Shown: positions 30,096 through 39,978 of the stretch, in pieces
How the letters are laid out: each line of letters opens with the position of its first letter
How positions within the stretch are numbered: the first letter of the stretch is position 1
Source of the DNA: an uncultured Weeksellaceae bacterium
GTDB lineage: Bacteria; Bacteroidota; Bacteroidia; Flavobacteriales; Weeksellaceae
Reading direction: 5' to 3'
Length of the DNA stretch: 64,000 bases
Assembly (NCBI GenBank): GCA_963530025.1
Contig: CAUSBY010000020.1
Coordinates: 2,765 to 66,764 of the forward strand
Notes under the pieces: model-generated
Databases searched by the model: none
Told to the model about the DNA's origin: nothing
The model's input: only the letters and a program-made list of their open reading frames with translations
Program-made: the position numbers and the translations under genes

Positions 30096-31121
30096 TTATT
30101 TCAAAGATTTTATGAAACTGTCGTATCCACTTTTCTCGAATACAGTTTGAGAATCCAATTTATAAATATCTTTCCAACTATCTTTTCCGTGCTTTTCAAC
30201 ATATTTTTCTATAATTCTGAAGCCAATCCAGTAATTCAAACTTTTAGGAGCATCTGCAAATAATTTGAATTTTTCATTTCTCAGCAAAGGATTGTTCCCG
30301 CTTTTATCATAGAAATATGGTTTTAAATCTTCATATAGTTTTTTCTCATTAGCCAAATACCAATTCCAATCCTTTTCTGTCATATTTTCAACGGCTTCAT
30401 TTTTCGAAATTTTCTTATCAAAAAATAACCACGTAAAATAACAGGCAAAACCTTCGTCAATGGTTTGAGCCAATGCAGTTTCTTTATTGGAATCATTGGT
30501 GTGAAAAGGCTCATAAACCAAATGATTGAGTTCGTGCGGAATTCCTTTTTCAATCGTGTAATTGACGTCGTATTCTTTATTATTCAATTCAAAAGCAAAT
30601 TCTTCTGCATTGCAACCACCAAAACCAATGCCTTGTAAAGGTGTGAACAGAATGCTGATTTTGGCTTTCGGTTGATAAGGAACTAATTTCTCGAATTTTT
30701 GAAGATTCTGTTTTAAAGTTTTTTCTAAATGAATGCTAAGAAGTTCTGAAACACGATTTTCAAAAAACTCTTTGTTATCAGGATAAAGCTTTTTGTTCCA
30801 ATCAATCATTCCTTTCGGATTGTTAAACTTCGAAGCATTTTCCTCTCCGAAAATCATTCCGTAACAATTATTCCAAAGTTCTTTATGTGGCAGATAAACC
30901 TTTTGAACAATCCGCAAACTATCATATTTGGATTGATGAGCTAAAATTTGATTTTTAAAAAGATTAAGAACAGTAATATTTCCAACTTTTACACTGTCGG
31001 GAACTTTTTCTAATTTTTCAAAAAGATTCTGATTGTCATTTTGATATTTTTGGACTTGATTTTTACAAGATGAAATTAATAACGAAATTAATATGGATGG
31101 TAATATTAGTTGTTTAATCAT
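30096..31121 (-). CDS. Lipoprotein, putative Zn-dependent protease (DUF2268-like)
   Basis: Lipobox ISSC, HELNH, DEGFA, YWIGFRI. Confidence 0.75.
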   Translation of the reverse strand: MIKQLILPSILISLLISSCKNQVQKYQNDNQNLFEKLEKVPDSVKVGNITVLNLFKNQILAHQSKYDSLRIVQKVYLPHKELWNNCYGMIFGEENASKFNNPKGMIDWNKKLYPDNKEFFENRVSELLSIHLEKTLKQNLQKFEKLVPYQPKAKISILFTPLQGIGFGGCNAEEFAFELNNKEYDVNYTIEKGIPHELNHLVYEPFHTNDSNKETALAQTIDEGFACYFTWLFFDKKISKNEAVENMTEKDWNWYLANEKKLYEDLKPYFYDKSGNNPLLRNEKFKLFADAPKSLNYWIGFRIIEKYVEKHGKDSWKDIYKLDSQTVFEKSGYDSFIKSLK

Positions 31122-31153
31122 ACAGAATTCTTACAATTCAAATATAATTAAAT

Positions 31154-32623
31154 TCACTCAGCCACCCAAACACTCACATTTCCCGCAGGACAAGGAAAAT
31201 CTGACCAACCGTTTTCATCAATTATTATTTTATCTTGCAAGTGTCCTGTAAAATCATAAAACGTTTTCCCAGCATATCGTTTTCCTATTTCCATAGATTT
31301 TTGATTCACATCTTTGTTACTCAAAACAACTGCACAACCCGAATGTTCATCATCACCTTCACGAGTCCAGCCAATACAATGCGCATCATCAAAATAATCT
31401 CTCTGCTCACCATAAGCAAAATATTTTCTGGCTTTGATGAGTTCTTCAATGGCGTCCACTTTGTCTAAGAAGATTTCATATTCGTTACCATCTTTTCCTT
31501 GGTCTTTGTAGCTCGCTCCGTATAAGTCGGGATAAAAAACGCAAGGATAACCGTCTTTTCTCAGTAAAATCAAAGCATAAGCAAGCGGTTTGAACCAATT
31601 CTCAACCGGAGCTTCCAAAGCCTGAAGTGGTTGTGTGTCGTGATTATCAACAACGGTCACAGCTTTTTCAGAATGAGATGCAACCAATGTTTCGTTAAAA
31701 ATCTCTCTCAAATCATAATCCGGATTTTTGGATGCATTATGAAGATTATTCTGTAATGAAGAATCGAAAAGACTCATACAACCTTCGGTAGAATCTATGT
31801 AAGCTTCCAAAAGATGAAGGTATCCAGGCGCCCAATACTCGCCGACAGCGAAGATGTTTTTTCCTGTATTGGCTCTTAGCGTATGAAGCCATTCTTTATA
31901 AAAATCAGTCGAAATATGCTTCACAGCGTCCAATCTTACACCATCGAAATCCGTCTGGTCGTGATACCATTTTCCCCAATGATTCAGTTCTTCACGTACA
32001 AAGGGATTGCGATGTTCGATGTCGTTGTACATCAGAAAATCATAATTTCCTTTTTCATCATCAATGATGTTATCCCAACCATCGCCGTGTTCATTGATGA
32101 TTCTGTAAATGGCACTTTCCATTCCTTCCGCATAATCCACACCTGTGAAACAAGTGAAATCCCATTTGAAATTGGAATAAGTGTCGCCTCGTCCTGGAAA
32201 AGTAAATTTAGTATAAGATTCAATTTCCATTACGTCAGAAATATCTTTATTTCTATCTTCTTCATCCACTTTCACAACATTGAATTTTTCCAACTCATCG
32301 CCTCCAGCTTTATGATTCAGAACTACATCTACAATCACTTGGATGTTCTTTTCTTTTAGATATTTTGTGGCTTCCAGATATTCGTCCTTCGTTCCGTATT
32401 TTGTCGGAATCGTTCCTTTCTGGTCAAATTCTCCCAAGTCAAAAAGGTCGTAAGCGCCATATCCAACGCCATATCCGCCATTCGTTGATTTGTAAGCTGG
32501 CGGAAGCCAAGCCGAGGTAATTCCCAATTCAGAAAGATAGTCTGCAGATTCTTGGGCGTGTTTCCAAAGGAAAGAATCGCCAAGAGTGTACCAATGGAAA
32601 AATTGAATCATTGTGCCATTCAT
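31154..32623 (-). CDS. amyA: Cytoplasmic alpha-amylase (GH13_5, AmyA-like)
   Basis: NGTMIQFFHWY, FDQKGTIPTKYGT, DGVRLDAVKH, VGEYW, DNHDTQP. Confidence 0.92.
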   Translation of the reverse strand: MNGTMIQFFHWYTLGDSFLWKHAQESADYLSELGITSAWLPPAYKSTNGGYGVGYGAYDLFDLGEFDQKGTIPTKYGTKDEYLEATKYLKEKNIQVIVDVVLNHKAGGDELEKFNVVKVDEEDRNKDISDVMEIESYTKFTFPGRGDTYSNFKWDFTCFTGVDYAEGMESAIYRIINEHGDGWDNIIDDEKGNYDFLMYNDIEHRNPFVREELNHWGKWYHDQTDFDGVRLDAVKHISTDFYKEWLHTLRANTGKNIFAVGEYWAPGYLHLLEAYIDSTEGCMSLFDSSLQNNLHNASKNPDYDLREIFNETLVASHSEKAVTVVDNHDTQPLQALEAPVENWFKPLAYALILLRKDGYPCVFYPDLYGASYKDQGKDGNEYEIFLDKVDAIEELIKARKYFAYGEQRDYFDDAHCIGWTREGDDEHSGCAVVLSNKDVNQKSMEIGKRYAGKTFYDFTGHLQDKIIIDENGWSDFPCPAGNVSVWVAE

Positions 32624-32762
32624 AAGATTGTAGATTTTTTCAGATGATTTGATTTGATGTTTCGAACTATGAAAATATCAAGCCAAGGAAAAGAAAAAAG
32701 ATTCAAGACAAAAGTAAAAAGAACCAAATAGGAAATGCCAGTTAAAATGAAGCAAATAATTT

Positions 32763-32850
32763 GGGCGCCTTTATCCGACTTCCGTTCCCGCTTTTTTCTT
32801 TTTTGAGAAAAAAAGCTCCACTCAAGTCGGGGCGCGCTTCGCAAAGTTGA
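32763..32850 (+). repeat. Structured dispersed repeat, family B copy 3
   Basis: ttatccgacttccgttcccgct...agctccactcaagtcggggcgcgcttcgcaaagttga. Confidence 0.85.
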
Positions 32851-32890
32851 AGATTTGTCATCGATCCAAACTTAACATAAAACACCATTT

Positions 32891-33106
32891 TGTCATTCCG
32901 GAGGAAACCTAACGCAGTGGTTCGACGAAGTCAATCTCAACAATCTAGACTCCTCCAGAATGACAATATTATGGTTTTAAAATCTGTAAAATCCGCCCAA
33001 TCTGCGAGAAAAAATTATTCCCAATCTCTTCGCTGAGCAAAGCGCCTTTGCGAACCTTGAAATGTTTTCAATAATGTCACAAAAAAACCTTTGCGGACTT
33101 TGCGTT
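32891..33106 (+). repeat. Composite repeat: TGTCATTCC...GAATGACA element plus ctttgcg module
   Basis: Aligns with 47053-47230. Confidence 0.8.
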
Positions 33107-33114
33107 TAAAAATC

Positions 33115-34200
33115 TTAATCACCAAACTCCTCAAAAGGAATTTTCAACTGAACAGAAACCTGTTTTTTTTCTTCTGTATTAAGATTAGAAAGTGATAATC
33201 CAAGCAAACGAATCGCTTTATCAAAAGGTCTCAATTCCCAAAGTTGTTTAGCCGTTTTATAGAATTTCTCCGAATTTTCAAAATACAACTCCTGCGTTTT
33301 GCTTCTCGTGTAAAGAGAAAAATCTTTGTATTTGATTTTAAGCGTTAAGGTTTTTCCTTGGATTTCTCTTCTTCCAAGACGTTCTTCCAATTCCTGACTT
33401 AGAGATTTTAGTTTTTCATCAATCTCATCATCTTCATTGATGTCATCCCAAAATGTTCTTTCTACAGCTACACTTTTCTGAATTCGGTTGGGTTTTACTT
33501 CACCGTTATGAATTCCTCGAACAACATTATAGTAGTAGATTCCGGATTTTCCAAAAAGACCTTCGAGTTGTTGAAGCGTTTTTGATTTCAAATCAGCACC
33601 TTTGAAGATGTGAAGCTCGTGCATCTTATTAGCTGTTACTTTTCCAACACCGTAGAATTTTTCAATCGGAAGTTGGTCGAGGAATTCATCAATCTTAGTT
33701 GGATGAATGGTTTTTTGTCCATTAGGCTTATTAATGTCGGAAGCAACTTTGGCTAGAAATTTATTGACAGAAATTCCTGCAGATGCGGTTAATCCTGTTT
33801 CTTCAAAAATCCGTTTTCTGATTTCTTTGGCGATGTCATTGGCGGATTCTATTCCTTTTTTATTTTCTGTAACATCCAGATAAGCTTCGTCCAAAGAAAG
33901 AGGTTCCACCAAATCTGTATAATCGTGAAAGATATTTCGGATTTTATTTGATATTTCTTTGTAACGCTGGAATCTTGGTCTTACAAAAATCAGGTGTGGA
34001 CATTTTTCTTTTGCTGTTTTACTCGGCATCGCTGACCTTACTCCAAATTTTCTAGCTTCATAACTCGCCGCAGCAACTACTCCGCGATGCTGACCGCCAA
34101 CAGCAATAGCTTTTCCGCGCAGACTCGGGTCATCAAGCTGCTCAACAGAAGCATAAAATGCGTCCATATCCACGTGAATTATTTTGCGTTGCGATTGCAT
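33115..34200 (-). CDS. dinB: DNA polymerase IV
   Basis: IIHVDMDAFYASVE, SYEARKFGV, SLDEAYLD, NKFLAKVAS; C-terminal QLKIPF. Confidence 0.96.
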   Translation of the reverse strand: MQSQRKIIHVDMDAFYASVEQLDDPSLRGKAIAVGGQHRGVVAAASYEARKFGVRSAMPSKTAKEKCPHLIFVRPRFQRYKEISNKIRNIFHDYTDLVEPLSLDEAYLDVTENKKGIESANDIAKEIRKRIFEETGLTASAGISVNKFLAKVASDINKPNGQKTIHPTKIDEFLDQLPIEKFYGVGKVTANKMHELHIFKGADLKSKTLQQLEGLFGKSGIYYYNVVRGIHNGEVKPNRIQKSVAVERTFWDDINEDDEIDEKLKSLSQELEERLGRREIQGKTLTLKIKYKDFSLYTRSKTQELYFENSEKFYKTAKQLWELRPFDKAIRLLGLSLSNLNTEEKKQVSVQLKIPFEEFGD

Positions 34201-34207
34201 TTATAAA

Positions 34208-34657
34208 TTAGAATTTACCACAAAAATTTTTAACATTTTCATTGAATGAATATACTATAACTAAATAATCTGAATCCTTTTCTGTCATTTTTGTTTTTTG
34301 TAAAAACCTCTTTTGTGCGACATCATAAACATCATTATGAATTTTGGCAAATTTTTCTTGGTCTTCTGGTAATGGAAAATGTTTTCTTGCTACATCATAA
34401 CAAGAATCATCAAGCTTAAATTCTTGTTGGACAAACTCACAAAATGATAATTTTCTTTTATCTAATGAATCTAATAATGAGCCTAGTTTGTTTCTATCCT
34501 TGGGATTTTTAATAGTTGGAATAAGCTTTTTCCTAAATTCATCATTTGGTAATAGAAATTTTTTTTGAGCTACTTCTCTTTTAATAGGTTTATTTAGTTT
34601 TTCTTTTTGACAAGAAAAAGTAAGTAATGCTATTATTAAAAATAAAATCTTTTTCAC
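34208..34657 (-). CDS. Hypothetical lipoprotein
   Basis: Lipobox LTFSC after hydrophobic stretch; GTG start. Confidence 0.6.
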   Translation of the reverse strand: MKKILFLIIALLTFSCQKEKLNKPIKREVAQKKFLLPNDEFRKKLIPTIKNPKDRNKLGSLLDSLDKRKLSFCEFVQQEFKLDDSCYDVARKHFPLPEDQEKFAKIHNDVYDVAQKRFLQKTKMTEKDSDYLVIVYSFNENVKNFCGKF

Positions 34658-34697
34658 AATAATTTTTTGATGGTTATTAGTTCAAACAAATTTATGC

Positions 34698-34724
34698 AAA
34701 AAAAATCCCGAAATTTTCGGGATT
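34698..34724 (-). terminator. Intrinsic terminator
   Basis: aatcccgaaa/tttcgggatt with A-run on the left. Confidence 0.75.
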
Positions 34725-34733
34725 GTAATATTG

Positions 34734-35249
34734 TTACTTTGTAAGCTTATCGATTGTTGATTGAATTTCCGGGTCATCAGGAGAAATTGCATAATATTTT
34801 GCAATATCCGATTTCTGATTCACTACAATATATCTCGGAATCCAATTGAGGTCAACGTAATTGTTGAAGTCGTTTTTCCAACCTGATGCAAACCAATAAT
34901 TTTCCTTATCAGTCATTTCATGCTTCTCAAGACTTTTATCAAAACCTTCTTTTGAACGTTCTAAAGAAAGGAAAACAAAATCGATATTTGGATTTTGAGC
35001 TTCTAATTCTTTGGCTTTCGGAAATGCTTTTAAACAATCTCTGCACCATCCGGCCCAGAAATCGAGAACCACAACTTTCCCTTTATGCTGATGCAAAATA
35101 TCTTTGATGGAAGTTTCTTTTCCGTTTTCGTCCTGTAATTTTTGTGCTAAAGCTTCTTTAGAAAATTTGGTTTTCAGAACTTTTGGAACTTCCTGAGAAA
35201 ATCCTAATTGGAAAACAAATAATAAGATGTAAACTAATATCCTCTTCAT
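34734..35249 (-). CDS. TlpA-family thioredoxin-like protein
   Basis: LDFWAGWCRDC, WIPRY. Confidence 0.88.
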   Translation of the reverse strand: MKRILVYILLFVFQLGFSQEVPKVLKTKFSKEALAQKLQDENGKETSIKDILHQHKGKVVVLDFWAGWCRDCLKAFPKAKELEAQNPNIDFVFLSLERSKEGFDKSLEKHEMTDKENYWFASGWKNDFNNYVDLNWIPRYIVVNQKSDIAKYYAISPDDPEIQSTIDKLTK

Positions 35250-35282
35250 TTTAATACTTTTTTGTTATACAAATATAGGGCT

Positions 35283-35990
35283 TTAATTAGATTTCAGGAA
35301 ATCATTCATCTGTTCCCCTATTTCATTGATTGTAGAAAGAACTGCCTCATTTTTGGTTCTGTTGACAGCTTCAGAATCATTAAGCTCATTTTCTTGCTTC
35401 TTGGATTGTACATCTTTTGTTACGATTGTTGTGAAAGGGATTAATCCTGTTTTCACATCCATTATTATGAGTTGTGTTGTTGCAAAAGCCTTGATGTCTG
35501 TTTTGCTGAACATTTTGTATTTTGAATAAATATCACTACTGATGGAATAAACAACAACAATATCCGATTGAGTTCTAATAGCGGCTTCTCTAATATTGGT
35601 GAAACTAAGATTATTTGAAATTAATAGATCGGGAATCAATTTGACTGTTTTTACTTTTCCTGAATTTTTTAGATTTTTTGTAAAAAGATCCAAATAAGAT
35701 TGTTGGGTTTTCAGATAATCTTCATCGCTCCAATAATATTTCCTCACATTTTGATTACTTTCAAGCTTTACAATGGCAACTCTTAGATTCTCTGAAAGTT
35801 TGAAATTTCCATTCAATATCTTTTGAATGTTTTCCTCGGAAATAGAAGAATTCTTTTCATTGAACAAAGACTGAGTAATGGACTCATTGTCTCTGGAGTA
35901 ATATTCTGAGGACGGACTCGTGATTTCTCTACCGGTAACACAAGATATTAATAAAGCGGAAATAGATAATAGAAATACAATTTTTTTCAT
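35283..35990 (-). CDS. Hypothetical lipoprotein
   Basis: Lipobox LISC. Confidence 0.7.
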   Translation of the reverse strand: MKKIVFLLSISALLISCVTGREITSPSSEYYSRDNESITQSLFNEKNSSISEENIQKILNGNFKLSENLRVAIVKLESNQNVRKYYWSDEDYLKTQQSYLDLFTKNLKNSGKVKTVKLIPDLLISNNLSFTNIREAAIRTQSDIVVVYSISSDIYSKYKMFSKTDIKAFATTQLIIMDVKTGLIPFTTIVTKDVQSKKQENELNDSEAVNRTKNEAVLSTINEIGEQMNDFLKSN

Positions 35991-36203
35991 AGAATACTTT
36001 TAAAATCAAAACGACACCGGAAAATAAATAGTATTGGATTCAATGAAAAAAAGACAACCTGAATTATTGTGTTTTACTAACAGGTATACTCATATTTGAT
36101 AATGTCCAGAAGCATTTTAATCAATTATTGATTATGAAAAAATATTTTTAAAGCATATTTGAGATATCAAAATATCTTTTACTTTTGATGAAAAGAATAA
36201 TTA

Positions 36204-36839
36204 ATGGAAAATATGGATTTCATCAGAAAAAAGTTTGAAAATTTTGATGAAGCATTTTTTAATGAGCTTAAAGAACATTCTATTACTGCGTCTGTTGATG
36301 CCAGACAGGAATTGATGTCAGAAGGTCAAAAAGTAAATTATATTCCTGTTCTTATAAAAGGAATGGTCAAAGTTTATACTTTAAATGATGGTAAAGAACT
36401 TCTATATTATTACATCGCACCCGGTGAAAGTTGTATCATGACTTTTTCTTCCATCTTCACAGACAGGAAGAGTAGAATCTATGCGCTTGCAGAAGAAAAG
36501 TCGGAGGTTCTTTTACTGCCCGTTGTTCAGGTTTTAATATGGTTGCAAAAATATCCTCAGCTCAATAAATTATTTTTCCTAGAATATGATTTGAGATATA
36601 AAGTGATGATGGATACAATCAGTCAAGTAGTTTTCCATAGATTGGATAAAAGAATCCTAGAGTATCTGGACCAAAAAATAAAAAGAAGCGGAACGCCAGT
36701 TTTAAAAATCTCTCACAAAAAAATAGCGGATGATCTAGGGACTGCGAGAGAAGTCGTCAGCCGAATTCTGAAAAAATTTGAGAAAGAAGGTGTAATTACT
36801 CAAAATCATTCGGGAATAGGAATTAATAATCAGCGGTGA
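36204..36839 (+). CDS. Crp/Fnr family transcriptional regulator
   Basis: cNMP-fold (PGESC), HTH IADDLGTAREVVSRILK. Confidence 0.92.
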   Translation: MENMDFIRKKFENFDEAFFNELKEHSITASVDARQELMSEGQKVNYIPVLIKGMVKVYTLNDGKELLYYYIAPGESCIMTFSSIFTDRKSRIYALAEEKSEVLLLPVVQVLIWLQKYPQLNKLFFLEYDLRYKVMMDTISQVVFHRLDKRILEYLDQKIKRSGTPVLKISHKKIADDLGTAREVVSRILKKFEKEGVITQNHSGIGINNQR

Positions 36840-36851
36840 CATTAGTCACCG
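36834..36851. promoter_or_regulatory. Palindrome cggtgac-atta-gtcaccg (GTGA-N6-TCAC): candidate Crp-family site and/or terminator
   Basis: Perfect 7-bp arms, centred about 30 nt upstream of TAATTTTG (-7 element, 36873); also followed by T-run. Confidence 0.65.
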
Positions 36852-36897
36852 TTTTTTTGTGATAAGTCTTTATAATTTTGGTTGAAAAGCTGAAAGT

Positions 36898-37737
36898 ATG
36901 TCAAAAGTTTTATCATTTATTTCTTTATTCATTTTAATTTTTACTTATGCGCAGGATGATTTGCTAAAAGAAATCGATACTGTAAAAACTGAAGAACCTT
37001 ATTCTCCTAGTTTCAAAGCACTGCAGATTGTTACAGCACAATCCACAAAACTGCCGGCAAAAAAGGAATTTTATCTGGATATCTCTCACCGGTTCGGGGA
37101 TGTAAGCGATGGATTCAAAAATTTCTTCGGACTTGATAATGCTACTACAAAGCTTGGAGTGATTTACGGTCTTGCGGATTGGATGTCATTGAATTTTTCC
37201 AGACACACCTATCAGAAAACTTATGAGTTTGGGACAAAATACAGACTCTTCAAACAAGAAAAAGAATCACCGTTTGATATTGTTGGCTACAATGTTTTGG
37301 ACATCAATTCAGAACTTAAGAAAGATAATTTTCCAAAGCTAGAATTCAGTGACCGATTTGCTTATTTGTCACAAGTATTGATTTCAAGAAGATTCACAGA
37401 AAATCTGACTTTACAGTTGATGCCAAGTTATATTCACAAAAATCTCATCGAACCAACTATTGACAGCAAAGACCTTTTCTCGACAGGTTTAGGAGGACGC
37501 TATAAAATCTCGAAACGAGTTTCTATCAACGCAGAATATTTCTATAACTTCGAAGATAAGAATTTCTACAAAAATCCTTTGTCTGTAGGAATGGACATTG
37601 ATACTGGCGGACATATTTTTCAATTGGTTTTCAGTAATTCCCAAGCCAATACAGAAACAGGTTATATAAGTAATGCAACGGGTGATTGGACGAAAGGTCA
37701 TTTTTTCTTTGGTTTTAATCTTTATAGAGTTTTTTAA
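36898..37737 (+). CDS. DUF5777-family outer-membrane beta-barrel
   Basis: QDDLL, ISHRFG...FFGLD, DIDTGGHIFQLVFSN, C-terminal FGFNLYRVF. Confidence 0.85.
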   Translation: MSKVLSFISLFILIFTYAQDDLLKEIDTVKTEEPYSPSFKALQIVTAQSTKLPAKKEFYLDISHRFGDVSDGFKNFFGLDNATTKLGVIYGLADWMSLNFSRHTYQKTYEFGTKYRLFKQEKESPFDIVGYNVLDINSELKKDNFPKLEFSDRFAYLSQVLISRRFTENLTLQLMPSYIHKNLIEPTIDSKDLFSTGLGGRYKISKRVSINAEYFYNFEDKNFYKNPLSVGMDIDTGGHIFQLVFSNSQANTETGYISNATGDWTKGHFFFGFNLYRVF

Positions 37738-37747
37738 AATGCTGACT

Positions 37748-38107
37748 ATGAAAAGTACAATGAAATTATTCGTTCCAGTTTTGGGGTTTTTGATGTTAAT
37801 GAGTTGCGAAACAAAAACTTATGAAGATATCTCTGATAATACGCCAATTACAGAAACTGTTACTTACAATAAAAATATAAAAACAATTATAGATAACAAT
37901 TGCGTCGTTTGCCATTCGCTGACAGGCTCTAATCCATATTTTCCTCTGACAGATTACACGGCAGTAAAAAATTCAATTGATAATATTCTGGATAGGATTC
38001 AAAGAGCAAACGGAGATCCTTTAAAAATGCCTCAAGGAGGAACATTATCTCAGGATAATATCAATATGATTATCAAATGGAAGGCAGACGGTTTGCTTGA
38101 AAAGTAA
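37748..38107 (+). CDS. Monoheme c-type cytochrome lipoprotein
   Basis: Lipobox LMSC, CVVCH heme motif, distal KMP Met; start uncertain (37739/37748/37760). Confidence 0.82.
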   Translation: MKSTMKLFVPVLGFLMLMSCETKTYEDISDNTPITETVTYNKNIKTIIDNNCVVCHSLTGSNPYFPLTDYTAVKNSIDNILDRIQRANGDPLKMPQGGTLSQDNINMIIKWKADGLLEK

Positions 38108-38125
38108 CTAATTAAAGACAAAAAA

Positions 38126-38668
38126 ATGAAAGCTTTAGTTTTTTTTATAAGTTTAATTCTAACATCGAATTTTGCCTTTGCTCAAAAATATTCTACCAAG
38201 ACCGGTAAGATTACTTTTGAAGCTTCGGTGCCATTATTTGAAGATGTTTATGCTGAGAATAACAATTCGACAGCAATCTTGAATGCTGATACCGGCGACA
38301 TTGCTTCTCTTGCAATGGTTAATGGATTTAATTTTAAAGTTAGCCTGATGCAGGAACATTTTAATGAAAACTATGCAGAATCTGCCAAATATCCAAAGAC
38401 AAGCTTCAAAGGTAAGATCCTGAATTTTGATAAAAACGATTTGTCTGCAAAACCTAAAGCTTACACCATTTCTGGAACACTTAATTTCCACGGTGTTGAC
38501 AACGCAGTTCAATCAAGTGCGAATGTCTATCTGAAAGATGATAAGATTGTTGTTCAAGGAAAATTCGTAGTGAAAACAGCAGATTATAAAGTTAAAATTC
38601 CAAAAATGGTGGCAGCAAAAGTTGCTGAGAATGTGAACGTCAACTATAACTTTTTACTTCAGAAATAA
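38126..38668 (+). CDS. YceI family exported protein
   Basis: Signal peptide, LMQEHFNENYAES.KYP, GTLNFHGV. Confidence 0.88.
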   Translation: MKALVFFISLILTSNFAFAQKYSTKTGKITFEASVPLFEDVYAENNNSTAILNADTGDIASLAMVNGFNFKVSLMQEHFNENYAESAKYPKTSFKGKILNFDKNDLSAKPKAYTISGTLNFHGVDNAVQSSANVYLKDDKIVVQGKFVVKTADYKVKIPKMVAAKVAENVNVNYNFLLQK

Positions 38669-39189
38669 TGAAAAAATTTTTTACAATAATTCTTTTATTA
38701 ATGTTTTTCGGTTTGAGTTTTTCCCAGACCAAAAATGTTTTTGATGTCGCCCGAAGTGGAACTCTTGATGAAATGAAAGCTTTGGTCAGCCAGGATCCGG
38801 ATATCATCAATTCTAAAAATGAAAGAGGTTTTACACCTTTGATTTTGGCTTGTTACAGAGGCAATACAGAAGTTGCGAAATATCTAATCGATAATGTAAA
38901 AGATTTGAATTATCTCAGTCAAGAAGGCACAGCGCTTTCGTCACTTTGCATTAATTATAATAAAGAGCTTGTAGAAAAAATGCTTTCAAAAAATGCTGAC
39001 CCCAATATTCAGGATTCTTTTGGAAATACACCTCTTTTATGGGCTGTGAAAAGGAATAATCTGGAACTTGTAAGCATTTTGCTGAAAAATAAAGCTGACA
39101 TCAATATGAAAGATTCTCTGGGAGTTTCCGCTTTTGAATACGCTTTGAAATCTAATAATAATGAATTAATTAATCTTCTGAAACATTAA
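38668..39189 (+). CDS. Exported ankyrin repeat protein
   Basis: GFTPLILACYRGN, GNTPLLWA. Confidence 0.9.
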   Translation: MKKFFTIILLLMFFGLSFSQTKNVFDVARSGTLDEMKALVSQDPDIINSKNERGFTPLILACYRGNTEVAKYLIDNVKDLNYLSQEGTALSSLCINYNKELVEKMLSKNADPNIQDSFGNTPLLWAVKRNNLELVSILLKNKADINMKDSLGVSAFEYALKSNNNELINLLKH

Positions 39190-39192
39190 AAT

Positions 39193-39939
39193 ATGGCTAA
39201 AAACTTACTAAAGATGATTCCGCTATTGATTGGCGGAACGATGTTTTCTCAATTTTCAACAGGAGTTGTCAGTTTGCCAACAACAGCTATGACAATAAAA
39301 ATTGATGTGGACCCAACCAATGTTACGATGACACTTACAGGAAGTAGCACGGCTTGGTTAGGAGTGGGATTCAGTCCAGATGGGATGGCCGCTGGAGCAG
39401 ATGGGTTCATCTACAATAGTACTGCCAATAGGGATTATATGTTCAATGGAGTTGGCGTAACGCCTTCAGCAGATGCTGCACAAAACTGGACAGAACAATC
39501 CAACACGGTAGCGTCCGGTGTGAGAACGTTGGTTGTGAAAAGAACACTTGCAGGTGGCGCTGGTGATAAGGCATTTACAAATGCGGCAGGAACAATAGAC
39601 ATTTTTTATGGTAAAGGAACTTCTACTAGTTTGGCCTATCACGGAGCGGGGAACAAAGATTATGCAACTTTGACATTGGCTCCTTCTTTGGCTGTTGATG
39701 AAGCTAATTCTTCGGCAAAAAAAATCGGAGTTTATCCTAATCCTGTAAAAGATATTGTGAGTTTTACCAATGCTGATAAAATCAGTTCAGTTAAAATTTA
39801 TGATTCTACAGGGAAGCAGGTTCTATCTCAGAAATCTGCTGTAACAATGGATGTTTCTCAATTGATAAAAGGTGTCTATTTTATTGAATTTGAAAATATA
39901 GATGGCTCCAAGAGTTATGAAAAGTTAATCAAGAATTAA
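39193..39939 (+). CDS. DOMON-like domain protein with T9SS C-terminal sorting domain
   Basis: WLGVGF...GM..GAD and LAYHG pattern; YPNPVKD...KGVYFI...EKLIK. Confidence 0.75.
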   Translation: MAKNLLKMIPLLIGGTMFSQFSTGVVSLPTTAMTIKIDVDPTNVTMTLTGSSTAWLGVGFSPDGMAAGADGFIYNSTANRDYMFNGVGVTPSADAAQNWTEQSNTVASGVRTLVVKRTLAGGAGDKAFTNAAGTIDIFYGKGTSTSLAYHGAGNKDYATLTLAPSLAVDEANSSAKKIGVYPNPVKDIVSFTNADKISSVKIYDSTGKQVLSQKSAVTMDVSQLIKGVYFIEFENIDGSKSYEKLIKN

Positions 39940-39970
39940 AAAAAAATCCTCAGAATTTCTGAGGATTTTT
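39940..39970. terminator. Bidirectional terminator
   Basis: aaaaatcctcagaa/ttctgaggattttt. Confidence 0.85.
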
Positions 39971-39978
39971 AATTTTAT

